Source of the DNA: Auanema rhodensis
Taxonomy: Eukaryota > Animalia > Nematoda
Length of the DNA: 64,000 nt
Reading direction: 5' to 3'
NCBI GenBank assembly: GCA_964057225.1
Contig: OZ059894.1
Span: 12,710,001-12,774,000, forward strand
Shown: positions 1 through 15,000 of the stretch, in pieces
Position numbering within the stretch: the stretch's first letter is position 1
How the letters are laid out: each line of letters starts with the position of its first letter
Made by a program: the position numbers and the translations under genes
The notes under the pieces: generated by a model
What the model was told of the DNA's origin: nothing
Database searches by the model: none
What the model saw: only the letters and a program-made list of their open reading frames with translations

Positions 1-3000
1 TTTTATTTCTTGAGTATCAAAATATTCAAACTTTTTTTTTTCACTGTTTAAAATCTTAATGAACGAATGAATTGTCTCAAAACTATTGTAAAAATTTGAG
101 ATTGTTTCAAAATACGTGATTAAATGAAGAAAATAGAGTAAAATGAATTGGAAAATTATAAAATATTTTCATGTTTTATTTCTTGAGTTTCAAAATATTC
201 AAACTTTTTTTTTTCACTGTTTAAAATCTTGATGAACGAATGAATTGTTTCAAAACTATTGTAAAAATATGAGATTGTTTCAAAATACGTGATTAAATGA
301 AGAAAATGGAGTAAAATGAATTGGAAAATTATAAAATATTTCCATGTTTTATTTTCTTAGTATCAGAAAATTCAAATTAAGATCGTTTTTAATGTTTCAA
401 ATCTTAATGAACGAATTAATTGTTTCAAAACTATTGTAAAAATATGAGATTGTTTCAAAATACGTGATTAAATGAAGAAAATAGAGTAAAATGAATTGGA
501 ATATTATAAAATATTTTCATGTTTTATTTCTTGAGTATCAAAATATTCAAACTTTTTTTTTTCACTGTTTAAAATCTTAATGAACGAATGAATTGTTTCA
601 AAACTATTGTAAAAATATGAGATTGTTTCAAAATACGTGATTAAATGAAGAAAATGGAGTAAAATGAATTGGAAAATTATAAAATATTTTCATGTTTTAT
701 TTCTTGAGTTTCAAAATATTCAAACTTTTTTTTTTCACTATTCAAAATCTTAATGAACGAATGAATTGTTTCAAAACTATTGTAAAAATATGAGATTGTT
801 TCAAAATACGTGATTAAATGAAGAAAATGGAGTAAAATGAATTGGAAAATTATAAAATATTTCCATGTTTTATTTTTTTAGTATCAGAAAATTCAAATTA
901 AGATCGTTTTTAATGTTTCAAATCTCAATGAACGAATGAATTGTTTCAAAACTATTGTAAAAATATGAGATTGTTTCAAAATACGTGATTAAATGAAGAA
1001 AATGGAGTAAAATGAATTGGAAAATTATAAAATATTTTCATGTTTTATTTCTTGAGTTTCAAAATATTCAAACTTTTTTTTTTCACTGTTTAAAATCTTA
1101 ATGAACGAATGAATTGTTTCAAAACTATTGTAAAAATATGAGATTGTTTCAAAATACGTGATTAAATGAAGAAAATGGAGTAAAATGAATTGGAAAATTA
1201 TAAAATATTTTCATGTTTTATTTCTTGAGTTTCAAAATATTCAAACTTTTTTTTTTCACTGTTTAAAATCTTAATGAACGAATGAATTGTTTCAAAACTA
1301 TTGTAAAAATATGAGATTGTTTCAAAATACGTGATCAAATGAAGAAAATAGAGTAAAATGAATTGGAAAATTATAAAATATTTTCATGTTTTATTTTTTG
1401 AGTATCAGAAAATTCAAATTAAGATCGTTTTTAATGTTTCAAATCTCAATGAACGAATGAATTGTTTCAAAACTATTGTAAAAATATGAGATTGTTTCAA
1501 AATACGTGATCAAATGAAGAAAATAGAGTAAAATGAATTGGAAAATTATAAAATATTTTCATGTTTTATTTTTTGAGTATCAAAATATTTGAAATTATAA
1601 CTTCTTTACTGTTAAAAACATTATTAACTGGATGATTTGTTTCGAAATTATTGTAAAAATATGAGATTGTTTCAAAATACGTGATTAAATGAAGAAAATA
1701 GAGTAAAATGAATTGGAAAATTTTAAAATATTTTCATGTTTTATTTTTTGAGTATCGAAATATTTAAAATTATATCTTCTTTACTGTTAAAAACATTATT
1801 AAATGAATGATTTGTTTCGAAATTATTGTAAAAATTTGAGATTGTTTCAAAATACGTGATTAAATGAAGAAAATGGAGTAAAATGAATTGGAAAATTATA
1901 AAATATTTTCATGTTTCATTTTTTGAGTATCAAATAAATTAAAATTATATCTACTTTACTGTTAAAAACATTATTAACTGGATTATTTATTTCGAAATTA
2001 TTGTAAAATTTAAAATTGTTCCAAGAAACATAATTAAATGAAGAAAATAGAGTAAAATGAATTGGAAAATTTTAAAATATTTTCATGTTTTATTTTTTGA
2101 GTATCGAAATATTTAAAATTATATCTTCTTTACTGTTAAAAACATTATTAACTGGATGATTTGTTTCGAAATTATTGTAAAAATTTGAGATTGTTTCAAA
2201 ATACGTGATTAAATGAAGAAAATGGAGTAAAATGAATTGGAAAATTATAAAATATTTCCATGTTTTATTTTCTTAGTATCAGAAAATTCAAATTAAGATC
2301 GTTTTTAATGTTTCAAATCTTAATGAACGAATTAATTGTTTCAAAACTATTGTAAAAATATGAGATTGTTTCAAAATACGTGATTAAATGAAGGAAATGG
2401 AGTAAAATGAATAGGAAAATTATAAAATATTTTCATGTTTTATTTCTTGAGTATCAAAATATTTAAACTTTTTTTTTTCACTGTTCAAAATCTTAATGAA
2501 CGAATGAATTGTTTCAAAACTATTGTGAAAATATGAGATTGTTTCAAAATACGTGATTAAATGAAGAAAATGGAGTAAAATGAATTGGAAAATTATAAAA
2601 TATTTTCATGTTTTATTTCTTGAGTATCAAAATATTCAAAATTATATCTTTTTTACTGTTAAAAACATTATTAACTGGATGATTTGTTTCGAAATTATTG
2701 CAAAAATATGAGATTGTTTCAAAATACGTGATTAAATGAAGAAAATGGAGTAAAATGAATTGGAAAATTATAAAATATTTTCCTGTTTTATTTCTTGAGT
2801 TTCAAAATATTCAAACTTTTTTTTTTCACTGTTTAAAATCTTAATGAACGAATGAATTGTTTCAAAACTATTGTAAAAATATGAGATTGTTTCAAAATAC
2901 GTGATTAAATGAAGAAAATAGAGTAAAATGAATTGGAATATTATAAAATATTTTCATGTTTTATTTCTTGAGTATCAAAATATTCAAACTTTTTTTTTTC

Positions 3001-6000
3001 ACTGTTTAAAATCTTAATGAACGAATGAATTGTTTCAAAACTATTGTAAAAATTTGAGATTGTTTCAAAATACGTGATTTAATGAAGAAAATAGAGTAAA
3101 ATGAATTGGAAAATTATAAAATATTTTCATGTTTTTTTTTTTGAGTATCAAAATATTCAAACTTTTTTTTTTCACTGTTTAAAATCTTAATGAACGAGTG
3201 AATTGTTTCAAAACTATTGTAAAAATATGAGATTGTTTCAAAATACGTGATTAAATGAAGAAAATGGAGTAAAATGAATTGGAAAAATATAAAATATTTT
3301 CATGTTTTATTTCTTGAGTTTCAAAATATTCAAACTTTTTTTTTTCACTGTTTAAAATCTTAATGAACGAATGAATTGTTTCAAAACTATTGTAAAAATT
3401 TGAGATTGTTTCAAAATACGTGATTAAATGAAGAAAATAGAGTAAAATGAATTGGAAAATTATAAAATATTTTCATGTTTTATTTTTTGAGTATCAAAAT
3501 ATTTGAAATTATAACTTCTTTACTGTTAAAAACATTATTAACTGGATGATTTGTTTCGAAATTATTGTAAAAATTTAAAATTGTTCCAAGAAACATGATT
3601 AAATGAAGAAAATAGAGTAAAATGAATTGGAAAATTATAAAATATTTTCATGTTTTATTTTTTGAGTATCAAAATAATTGAAATTATATCTACTTTACTG
3701 TTAAAAACATTATTAACTGGATGATTTGTTTCGAAATTATTGTAAAATTTAAAATTGTTCCAAGAAACATGATTAAATGAAGAAAATAGAGTAAAATGAA
3801 TTGGAAAATTTTAAAATATTTTCATGTTTTATTTTTTGAGTATCAAAATATTTAAAATTATATCTTCTTTACTTTTAAAAACATTATTAAATGAATGATT
3901 TGTTTCGAAATTATTGTAAAAATTTAAAATTGTTCCAAGAAACATGATTAAATGAAGAAAATAGAGTAAAATGAATTGGAAAATTATAAAATATTTTCAT
4001 GTTTTATTTCTTGAGTATCAAAATATTCAAACTTTTTTTTTCACTGTTTAAAATCTTAATGAACGAATGAATTGTTTCAAAACTATTGTAAAAATTTGAG
4101 ATTGTTTCAAAATACGTGATTAAATGAAGAAAATAGAGTAAAATGAATTGGAAAATTATAAAATATTTCCATGTTTTATTTCTTGAGTATCAAAATATTC
4201 AAAATTATATCTTTTTTACTGTTAAAAACATTATTAACTGGATGATTTGTTTTGAAATTATTGCAAAAATATGAGATTGTTTCAAAATACGTGATTAAGT
4301 GAAGAAAATGGAGTAAAATGAATTGGAAAATTATAAAATATTTTCCTGTTTTATTTCTTGAGTTTCAAAATATTCAAACTTTTTTTTTTCACTGTTTAAA
4401 ATCTTAATGAACGAATGAATTGTTTCAAAACTATTGTAAAAATATGAGATTGTTTCAAAATACGTGATTAAATGAAGAAAATGGAATAAAATGAATTGGA
4501 AAATTATAAAATATTTTCATTTTTTATTTTCTTAGTATCAGAAAATTCAAATTAAGATCGTTTTTAATGTTTCAAATCTTAATGAACGAATGAATTGTTT
4601 CAAAATACGTGATTAAATGAAGAAAATAGAGTAAAATGAATTGGAATATTATAAAATATTTTCATGTTTTATTTCTTGAGTATCAAAATATTCAAACTTT
4701 TTTTTTTCACTGTTTAAAATCTTAATGAACGAATGAATTGTTTCAAAACTATTGTAAAAATATGAGATTGTTTCAAAATACGTGATTAAATAAAGAGAAT
4801 GGAGTAAAATGAATTGGAAAATTATAAAATATTTTCATGTTTTATTTCTTGAGTTTCAAAATATTCAAACTTTTTTTTTCACTGTTTAAAATCTTAATGA
4901 ACGAATGAATTGTTTCAAAACTATTGTAAAAATATGAGATTGTTTCAAAATACGTGATTAAATGAAGAAAATGGAGTAAAATGAATTGGAAAATTATAAA
5001 ATATTTCCATGTTTTATTTTTTTAGTATCAGAAAATTCAAATTAAGATCGTTTTTAATGTTTCAAATCTCAATGAACGAATGAATTGTTTCAAAACTATT
5101 GTGAAAATATGAGATTGTTTCAAAATACGTGATTAAATGAAGAAAATGGAGTAAAATGAATTGGAAAATTATAAAATATTTTCATGTTTTATTTCTTGAG
5201 TATCAAAATATTTAAACTTTTTTTTTTCACTGTTTAAAATCTTACAGAACGAATGAATTGTTTCAAAACTATTGTAAAAATTTGAGATTGTTTCAAAATA
5301 CGTGATTAAATGAAGAAAATGGAGTAAAATGAATTGGAAAATTATAAAATATTTCCATGTTTTATTTTCTTATTATCAGAAAATTCAAATTAAGATCGTT
5401 TTTAATGTTTCAAATCTTAATGAACGAATTAATTGTTTCAAAACTATTGTAAAAATATGAGATTGTTTCAAAATACGTGATTAAATGAAGAAAATAGAAT
5501 AAAATGAATTGGAAAATTATAAAATATTTTCATGTTTTATTTTTTGAGTATCAAAATATTTGAAATTATATCTTCTTTACTGTTAAAAACATTATTAAAT
5601 GAATGATTTGTTTCAAAATTATTGTAAAAATTTAAAATTGTTCCAAGAAACATGATTAAATGAAGAAAATAGAGTAAAATGAATTGGAAAATTATAAAAT
5701 ATTTTCATGTTTTATTTCTTGAGTATCAAAATATTCAAACTTTTTTTTTCACTGTTTAAAATCTTAATGAACGAATGAATTGTTTCAAAACTATTGTAAA
5801 AATTTGAGATTGTTTCAAAATACGTGATTAAATGAAGAAAATAGAGTAAAATGAATTGGAAAATTATAAAATATTTTCATGTTTTATTTTTTGAGTATCA
5901 AAATAATTAAAATTATATCTACTTTACTGTTAAAAACATTATTAACTGGATGATTTGTTTCGAAATTATTGTAAAATTTAAAATTGTTCCAAGAAACATG

Positions 6001-9000
6001 ATTAAATGAAGAAAATAGAGTAAAATGAATTGGAAAATTTTAAAATATTTTCATGTTTTATTTTTTGAGTATCAAAATATTCAAACTTTTTTTTTCACTG
6101 TTTAAAATCTTAATGAACGAATGAATTGTTTCAAAACTATTGTAAAAATTTGAGATTGTTTCAAAATACGTGATTAAATGAAGAAAATGGAATAAAATGA
6201 ATTGGAAAATTATAAAATATTTCCATGTTTTATTTTCTTAGTATCAGAAAATTCAAATTAAGATCGTTTTTAATGTTTCAAATCTTAATGAACGAATGAA
6301 TTGTTTCAAAACTATTGTAAAAATATGAGATTGTTTCAAAATACGTGATTAAATGAAGAAAATAGAGTAAAATGAATTGGAAAATTATAAAATATTTTCA
6401 TGTTTTATTTCTTGAGTATCAAAATATTCAAAATTATATCTTTTTTACTGTTAAAAACATTATTAACTGGATGATTTGTTTGGAAATTATTGTAAAAATA
6501 TGAGATTGTTTCAAAATACGTGATTAAATGAAGAAAATGGAGCAAAAAGAATTGGAAAATTATAAAATATTTTCATGTTTTATTTCTTGAGTATCAAAAT
6601 ATTTAAACTTTTTTTTTTCACTGTTCAAAATCTTACAGAACGAATGAATTGTTTCAAAACTATTGTAAAAATATGAGATTGTTTCAAAATACGTGATTAA
6701 ATGAAGAAAATGGAGTAAAATGAATTGGAAAATTATAAAATATTTTCATTTTTTATTTCTTGAGTATCAAAATATTCAAAATTATATCTTTTTTAATGTT
6801 TCAAATCTTAATGAACGAATTAATTGTTTCAAAACTACTGTAAAAATATGAGATTGTTTCAAAATACGTGATTAAATGAAGAAAATAGAGTAAAATGAAT
6901 TGGAATATTATAAAATATTTTCATGTTTTATTTCTTGAGTATCAAAATATTCAAACTTTTTTTTTTCACTGTTTAAAATCTTAATGAACGAATGAATTGT
7001 TTCAAAACTATTGTAAAAATTTGAGATTGTTTCAAAATACGTGATTAAATGAAGAAAATAGAGTAAAATGAATTGGAAAATTATAAAATATTTTCATGTT
7101 TTATTTTTTGAGTATCAAAATAATTAAAATTATATCTACTTTACTGTTAAAAACATTATTAACTGGATGATTTGTTTCGAAATTATTGTAAAATTTAAAA
7201 TTGTTCCAAGAAACATGATTAAATGAAGAAAATAGAGTAAAATGAATTGGAAAATTTTAAAATATTTTCATGTTTTATTTTTTGAGTATCAAAATATTTG
7301 AAATTATATCTTCTTTACTGTTAAAAACATTATTAAATGAATGATTTGTTTCAAAATTATTGTAAAAATTTAAAATTGTTCCAAGAAACATGATTAAATG
7401 AAGAAAATAGAGTAAAATGAATTGGAAAATTATAAAATATTTTCATGTTTTATTTCTTGAGTATCAAAATATTCAAACTTTTTTTTTCACTGTTTAAAAT
7501 CTTAATGAACGAATGAATTGTTTCAAAACTATTGTAAAAATTTGAGATTGTTTCAAAATACGTGATTAAATGAAGAAAATGGAATAAAATGAATTGGAAA
7601 ATTATAAAATATTTCCATGTTTTATTTTCTTAGTATCAGAAAATTCAATTTAAGATCGTTTTTAATGTTTCAAATCTTAATGAACGAATGAATTGTTTCA
7701 AAACTATTGTAAAAATATGAGATTGTTTCAAAATACGTGATTAAATGAAGGAAATGCAGTAAAATGAATTGGAAAATTATAAAATATTTTCATGTTTTAT
7801 TTCTTGAGTTTCAAAATATTCAAACTTTTTTTTTCACTGTTTAAAATCTTAATGAACGAATGAATTGTTTCAAAATTATTGTAAAAATATGAGATTAATT
7901 CAAAATACGTGATTAAATGAAGAAAATGGAGTAAAATGAATTGGAAAATTATAAAATATTTTCATGTTTTATTTCTTGAGTTTCAAAATATTCAAACTTT
8001 TTTTTTTCACTGTTTAAAATCTTAATGAACGAATGAATTGTTTCAAAACTATTGTAAAAATATGAGATTGTTTCAAAATACGTGATTAAATGAAGAAAAT
8101 GGAGTAAAATGAATTGGAAAATTATAAAATATTTCCATGTTTTATTTCTTGAGTTTCAAAATATTCAAACTTTTTTTTTTCACTGTTTAAAATCTTAATT
8201 AACGAATGAATTGTTTCAAAACTATTGTAAAAATATGAGATTGTTTCAAAATACGTGATTAAATGAAGAAAATGGAGTAAAATGAATTGGAAAATTATAA
8301 AATATTTCCATGTTTTATTTTTTTAGTATCAGAAAATTCAAATTAAGATCGTTTTTAATGTTTCAAATCTCAATGAACGAATGAATTGTTTCAAAACTAT
8401 TGTAAAAATATGAGATTGTTTCAAAATACGTGATTAAATGAAGAAAATGGAGCAAAATGAATTGGAAAATTATAAAATATTTTCATGTTTTATTTCTTGA
8501 GTATCAAAATATTTAAACTTTTTTTTTTCACTGTTTAAAATCTTACAGAACGAATGAATTGTTTCAAAACTATTGTAAAAATTTGAGATTGTTTCAAAAT
8601 ACGTGATTAAATGAAGAAAATGGAGTAAAATGAATTGGAAAATTATAAAATATTTCCATGTTTTATTTTCTTAGTATCAGAAAATTCGAATTAAGATCGT
8701 TTTCAATGTTTCAAATCTTAATGAACGAATTAATTGTTTCAAAACTATTGTAAAAATATGAGATTGTTTCAAAATACGTGATTAAATGAAGAAAATAGAG
8801 TAAAATGAATTGGAATATTATAAAATATTTTCATGTTTTATTTCTTGAGTATCAAAATATTCAAACTTTTTTTTTTCACTGTTTAAAATCTTAATGAACG
8901 AATGAATTGTTTCAAAACTATTGTAAAAATTTGAGATTGTTTCAAAATACGTGATTAAATGAAGGAAATGGAGTAAAATGAATTGGAAAATTATAAAATA

Positions 9001-12000
9001 TTTTCATGTTTTATTTCTTGAGTTTCAAAATATTCAAACTTTTTTTTTTCACTGTTTAAAATCTTAATGAACGAATGAATTGTTTCAAAACTATTGTAAA
9101 AATTTGAGATTGTTTCAAAATACATGATTAAATGAAGAAAATGGAGTAAAATGAATTGGAAAATTATAAAATATTTCCATGTTTTATTTTTTTAGTATCA
9201 GAAAATTCAAATTAAGATCGTTTTTAATGTTTCAAATCTTAATGAACGAATGAATTGTTTCAAAACTATTGTAAAAATATGAGATTGTTTCAAAATACGT
9301 GATTAAATGAAGAAAATGGAGTAAAATGAATTGGAAAATTATAAAATATTTTCATTTTTTATTTCTTGAGTATCAAAATATTCAAAATTATATATTTTTT
9401 ACTGTTAAAAACATTATTAACTGGATGATTTGTTTGGAAATTATTGTAAAAATATGAGATTGTTTCAAAATACGTGATTAAATGAAGAAAATGGAGCAAA
9501 ATGAATTGGAAAATTATAAAATATTTTCATGTTTTATTTCTTGAGTATCAAAATATTTAAACTTTTTTTTTTCACTGTTTAAAATCTTACAGAACGAATG
9601 AATTGTTTCAAAACTATTGTAAAAATTTGAGATTGTTTCAAAATTTGTGATTAAATGAAGAAAATGGAGTAAAATGAATTGGAAAATTATAAAATATTTC
9701 CATGTTTTATTTTCTTAGTATCAGAAAATTCAAATTAAGATCGTTTCTAATGTTTCAAATCTTAATGAACGAATGAATTATTTCAAAACTATTGTAAAAA
9801 TTTGAGATTGTTTCAAAATTTGTGATTAAATGAAGAAAATGGAGTAAAATGAATTGGAATATTATAAAATATTTTCATGTTTTATTTCTTGAGTATCAAA
9901 ATATTCAAACTTTTTTTTTTCACTGTTTAAAATCTTAATGAACGAATGAATTGTTTCAAAACTATTGTAAAAATTTGAGATTGTTTCAAAATACGTGATT
10001 AAATGAAGAAAATAGAGTAAAATGAATTGGAAAATTATAAAATATTTTCATGTTTTATTTTTTGAGTATCAAAATAATTAAAATTATATCTACTTTACTG
10101 TTAAAAACATTATTAACTGGATGATTTGTTTCGAGATTATTGTAAAATTTAAAATTGTTCCAAGAAACATGATTAAATGAAGAAAATAGAGTAAAATGAA
10201 TTGGAAAATTTTAAAATATTTTCATGTTTTATTTTTTGAGTATCAAAATATTTGAAATTATATCTTCTTTACTGTTAAAAACATTATTAAATGAATGATT
10301 TGTTTCAAAATTATTGTAAAAATTTAAAATTGTTCCAAGAAACATGATTAAATGAAGAAAATAGAGTAAAATGAATTGGAAAATTATAAAATATTTTCAT
10401 GTTTTATTTCTTGAGTATCAAAATATTCAAACTTTTTTTTTCACTGTTTAAAATCTTAATGAACGAATGAATTGTTTCAAAACTATTGTAAAAATTTGAG
10501 ATTGTTTCAAAATACGTGATTAAATGAAGAAAATGGAATAAAATGAATTGGAAAATTATAAAATATTTCCATGTTTTATTTTCTTAGTATCAGAAAATTC
10601 AATTTAAGATCGTTTTAAATGTTTCAAATCTTAATGAACGAATGAATTGTTTCAAAACTATTGTAAAAATATGAGATTGTTTCAAAATACGTGATTAAAT
10701 GAAGGAAATGGAGTAAAATGAATTTTAAAATTATAAAATATTTTCATGTTTTATTTCTTGAGTTTCAAAATATTCAAACTTTTTTTTTCACTGTTTAAAA
10801 TCTTAATGAACGAATGAATTGTTTCAAAACTATTGTAAAAATATGAGATTGTTTCAAAATACGTGATTAAATGAAGAAAATGGAGTAAAATGAATTGGAA
10901 AATTATAAAATATTTTCATGTTTTATTTCTTGAGTTTCAAAATATTCAAACTTTTTTTTTTCACTGTTTAAAATCTCAATGAACGAATGAATTGTTTCAA
11001 AACTATTGTAAAAATATGAGATTGTTTCAAAATACGTGATTAAATGAAGAAAATGGAGTAAAATGAATTGGAAAATTATAAAATATTTTCATGTTTTATT
11101 TCTTGAGTTTCAAAATATTCAAACTTTTTTTTTTCACTGTTTAAAATCTTAATGAACGAATGAATTGTTTCAAAACTATTGTAAAAATATGAGATTGTTT
11201 CAAAATACGTGATTAAATGAAGAAAATGGAGTAAAATGAATTGGAAAATTATAAAATATTTCCATGTTTTATTTTTTTAGTATCAGAAAATTCAAATTAA
11301 GATCGTTTTTAATGTTTCAAATCTCAATGAACGAATGAATTGTTTCAAAACTATTGTAAAAATATGAGATTGTTTCAAAATACGTGATTAAATGAAGAAA
11401 ATGGAGCAAAATGAATTGGAAAATTATAAAATATTTTCATGTTTTATTTCTTGAGTATCAAAATATTTAAACTTTTTTTTTTCACTGTTTAAAATCTTAC
11501 AGAACGAATGAATTGTTTCAAAACTATTGTAAAAATTTGAGATTGTTTCAAAATACGTGATTAAATGAAGAAAATGGAGTAAAATGAATTGGAAAATTAT
11601 AAAATATTTCCATGTTTTATTTTCTTAGTATCAGAAAATTCAAATTAAGATCGTTTTCAATGTTTCAAATCTTAATGAACGAATTAATCGTTTCAAAACT
11701 ATTGTAAAAATATGAGATTGTTTCAAAATACGTGATTAAATGAAGAAAATAGAGTAAAATGAATTGGAATATTATAAAATATTTTCATGTTTTATTTCTT
11801 GAGTATCAAAATATTCAAACTTTTTTTTTTCACTGTTTAAAATCTTAATGAACGAATGAATTGTTTCAAAACTATTGTAAAAATATGAGATTGTTTCAAA
11901 ATACGTGATTAAATGAAGGAAATGGAGTAAAATGAATTGGAAAATTATAAAATATTTTCATGTTTTATTTCTTGAGTTTCAAAATATTCAAACTTTTTTT

Positions 12001-15000
12001 TTTCACTGTTTAAAATCTTAATGAACGAATGAATTGTTTCAAAACTATTGTAAAAATTTGAGATTGTTTCAAAATACGTGATTAAATGAAGAAAATGGAG
12101 TAAAATGAATTGGAAAATTATAAAATATTTCCATGTTTTATTTTTTTAGTATCAGAAAATTCAAATTAAGATCGTTTTTAATGTTTCAAATCTCAATGAA
12201 CGAATGAATTGTTTCAAAACTATTGTAAAAATATGAGATTGTTTCAAAATACGTGATTAAATGAAGAAAATGGAGTAAAATGAATTGGAAAATTATAAAA
12301 TATTTTCATGTTTTATTTCTTGAGTTTCAAAATATTCAAACTTTTTTTTTTCACTGTTTAAAATCTTAATGAACGAATGAATTGTTTCAAAACTATTGTA
12401 AAAATTTGAGATTGTTTCAAAATACGTGATTTAATGAAGAAAATAGAGTAAAATGAATTGGAAAATTATAAAATATTTTCATGTTTTATTTTTTTAGTAT
12501 CAGAAAATTCAAATTAAGATCGTTTTTAATGTTTCAAATCTTAATGAACGAATGAATTGTTTCAAAACTATTGTAAAAATATGAGATTGTTTCAAAATAC
12601 GTGATTAAATGAAGAAAATGGAGTAAAATGAATTGGAAAATTATAAAATATTTTCATTTTTTATTTCTTGAGTATCAAAATATTCAAAATTATATCTTTT
12701 TTACTGTTAAAAACATTATTAACTGGATGATTTGTTTGGAAATTATTGTAAAAATATGAGATTGTTTCAAAATACGTGATTAAATGAAGAAAATGGAGCA
12801 AAATGAATTGGAAAATTATAAAATATTTTCATGTTTTATTTCTTGAGTATCAAAATATTTAAACTTTTTTTTTTCACTGTTTAAAATCTTACAGAACGAA
12901 TGAATTATTTCAAAACTATTGTAAAAATTTGAGATTGTTTCAAAATTTGTGATTAAATGAAGAAAATGGAGTAAAATGAATTGGAAAATTATAAAATATT
13001 TCCATGTTTTATTTTCTTAGTATCAGAAAATTCGAATTAAGATCGTTTTCAATGTTTCAAATCTTAATGAACGAATTAATTGTTTCAAAACTATTGTAAA
13101 AATATGAGATTGTTTCAAAATACGTGATTAAATGAAGAAAATGGAGTAAAATGAATTGGAAAATTATAAAATATTTCCATGTTTTATTTTTTTAGTATCA
13201 GAAAATTCAAATTAAGATCGTTTTTAATGTTTCAAATCTCAATGAACGAATGAATTGTTTCAAAACTATTGTAAAAATATGAGATTGTTTCAAAATACGT
13301 GATTAAATGAAGAAAATGGAGTAAAATGAATTGGAAAATTATAAAATATTTTCATGTTTTATTTCTTGAGTTTCAAAATATTCAAACTTTTTTTTTTCAC
13401 TGTTTAAAATCTTAATGAACGAATGAATTGTTTCAAAACTATTGTAAAAATATGAGATTGTTTCAAAATACGTGATTAAATGAAGAAAATGGAGTAAAAT
13501 GAATTGGAAAATTATAAAATATTTTCATGTTTTATTTCTTGAGTTTCAAAATATTCAAACTTTTTTTTTTCACTGTTTAAAATCTTAATTAACGAATGAA
13601 TTGTTTCAAAACTATTGTAAAAATATGAGATTGTTTCAAAATACGTGATTAAATGAAGAAAATGGAGTAAAATGAATTGGAAAATTATAAAATATTTCCA
13701 TGTTTTATTTTTTTAGTATCAGAAAATTCAAATTAAGATCGTTTTTAATGTTTCAAATCTCAATGAACGAATGAATTGTTTCAAAACTATTGTAAAAATA
13801 TGAGATTGTTTCAAAATACGTGATTAAATGAAGAAAATGGAGCAAAATGAATTGGAAAATTATAAAATATTTTCATGTTTTATTTCTTGAGTATCAAAAT
13901 ATTTAAACTTTTTTTTTTCACTGTTTAAAATCTCAATGAACGAATGAATTGTTTCAAAACTATTGTAAAAATATGAGATTGTTTCAAAATACGTGATTAA
14001 ATGAAGAAAATGGAGTAAAATGAATTGGAAAATTATAAAATATTTTCATGTTTTATTTCTTGAGTTTCAAAATATTCAAACTTTTTTTTTTCACTGTTTA
14101 AAATCTTACAGAACGAATGAATTGTTTCAAAACTATTGTAAAAATTTGAGATTGTTTCAAAATACGTGATTAAATGAAGAAAATGGAGTAAAATGAATTG
14201 GAAAATTATAAAATATTTCCATGTTTTATTTTCTTAGTATCAGAAAATTCGAATTAAGATCGTTTTCAATGTTTCAAATCTTAATGAACGAATTAATTGT
14301 TTCAAAACTATTGTAAAAATATGAGATTGTTTCAAAATACGTGATTAAATGAAGAAAATGGAGTAAAATGAATTGGAAAATTATAAAATATTTCCATGTT
14401 TTATTTTTTTAGTATCAGAAAATTCAAATTAAGATCGTTTTTAATGTTTCAAATCTCAATGAACGAATGAATTGTTTCAAAACTATTGTAAAAATATGAG
14501 ATTGTTTCAAAATACGTGATTAAATGAAGAAAATGGAGTAAAATGAATTGGAAAATTATAAAATATTTTCATGTTTTATTTCTTGAGTTTCAAAATATTC
14601 AAACTTTTTTTTTTCACTGTTTAAAATCTTAATGAACGAATGAATTGTTTCAAAACTATTGTAAAAATATGAGATTGTTTCAAAATACGTGATTAAATGA
14701 AGAAAATGGAGTAAAATGAATTGGAAAATTATAAAATATTTTCATGTTTTATTTCTTGAGTTTCAAAATATTCAAACTTTTTTTTTTCACTGTTTAAAAT
14801 CTTACAGAACGAATGAATTGTTTCAAAACTATTGTAAAAATTTGAGATTGTTTCAAAATACGTGATTAAATGAAGAAAATGGAGTAAAATGAATTGGAAA
14901 ATTATAAAATATTTCCATGTTTTATTTTCTTAGTATCAGAAAATTCAAATTAAGATCGTTTCTAATGTTTCAAATCTTAATGAACGAATTAATTGTTTCA

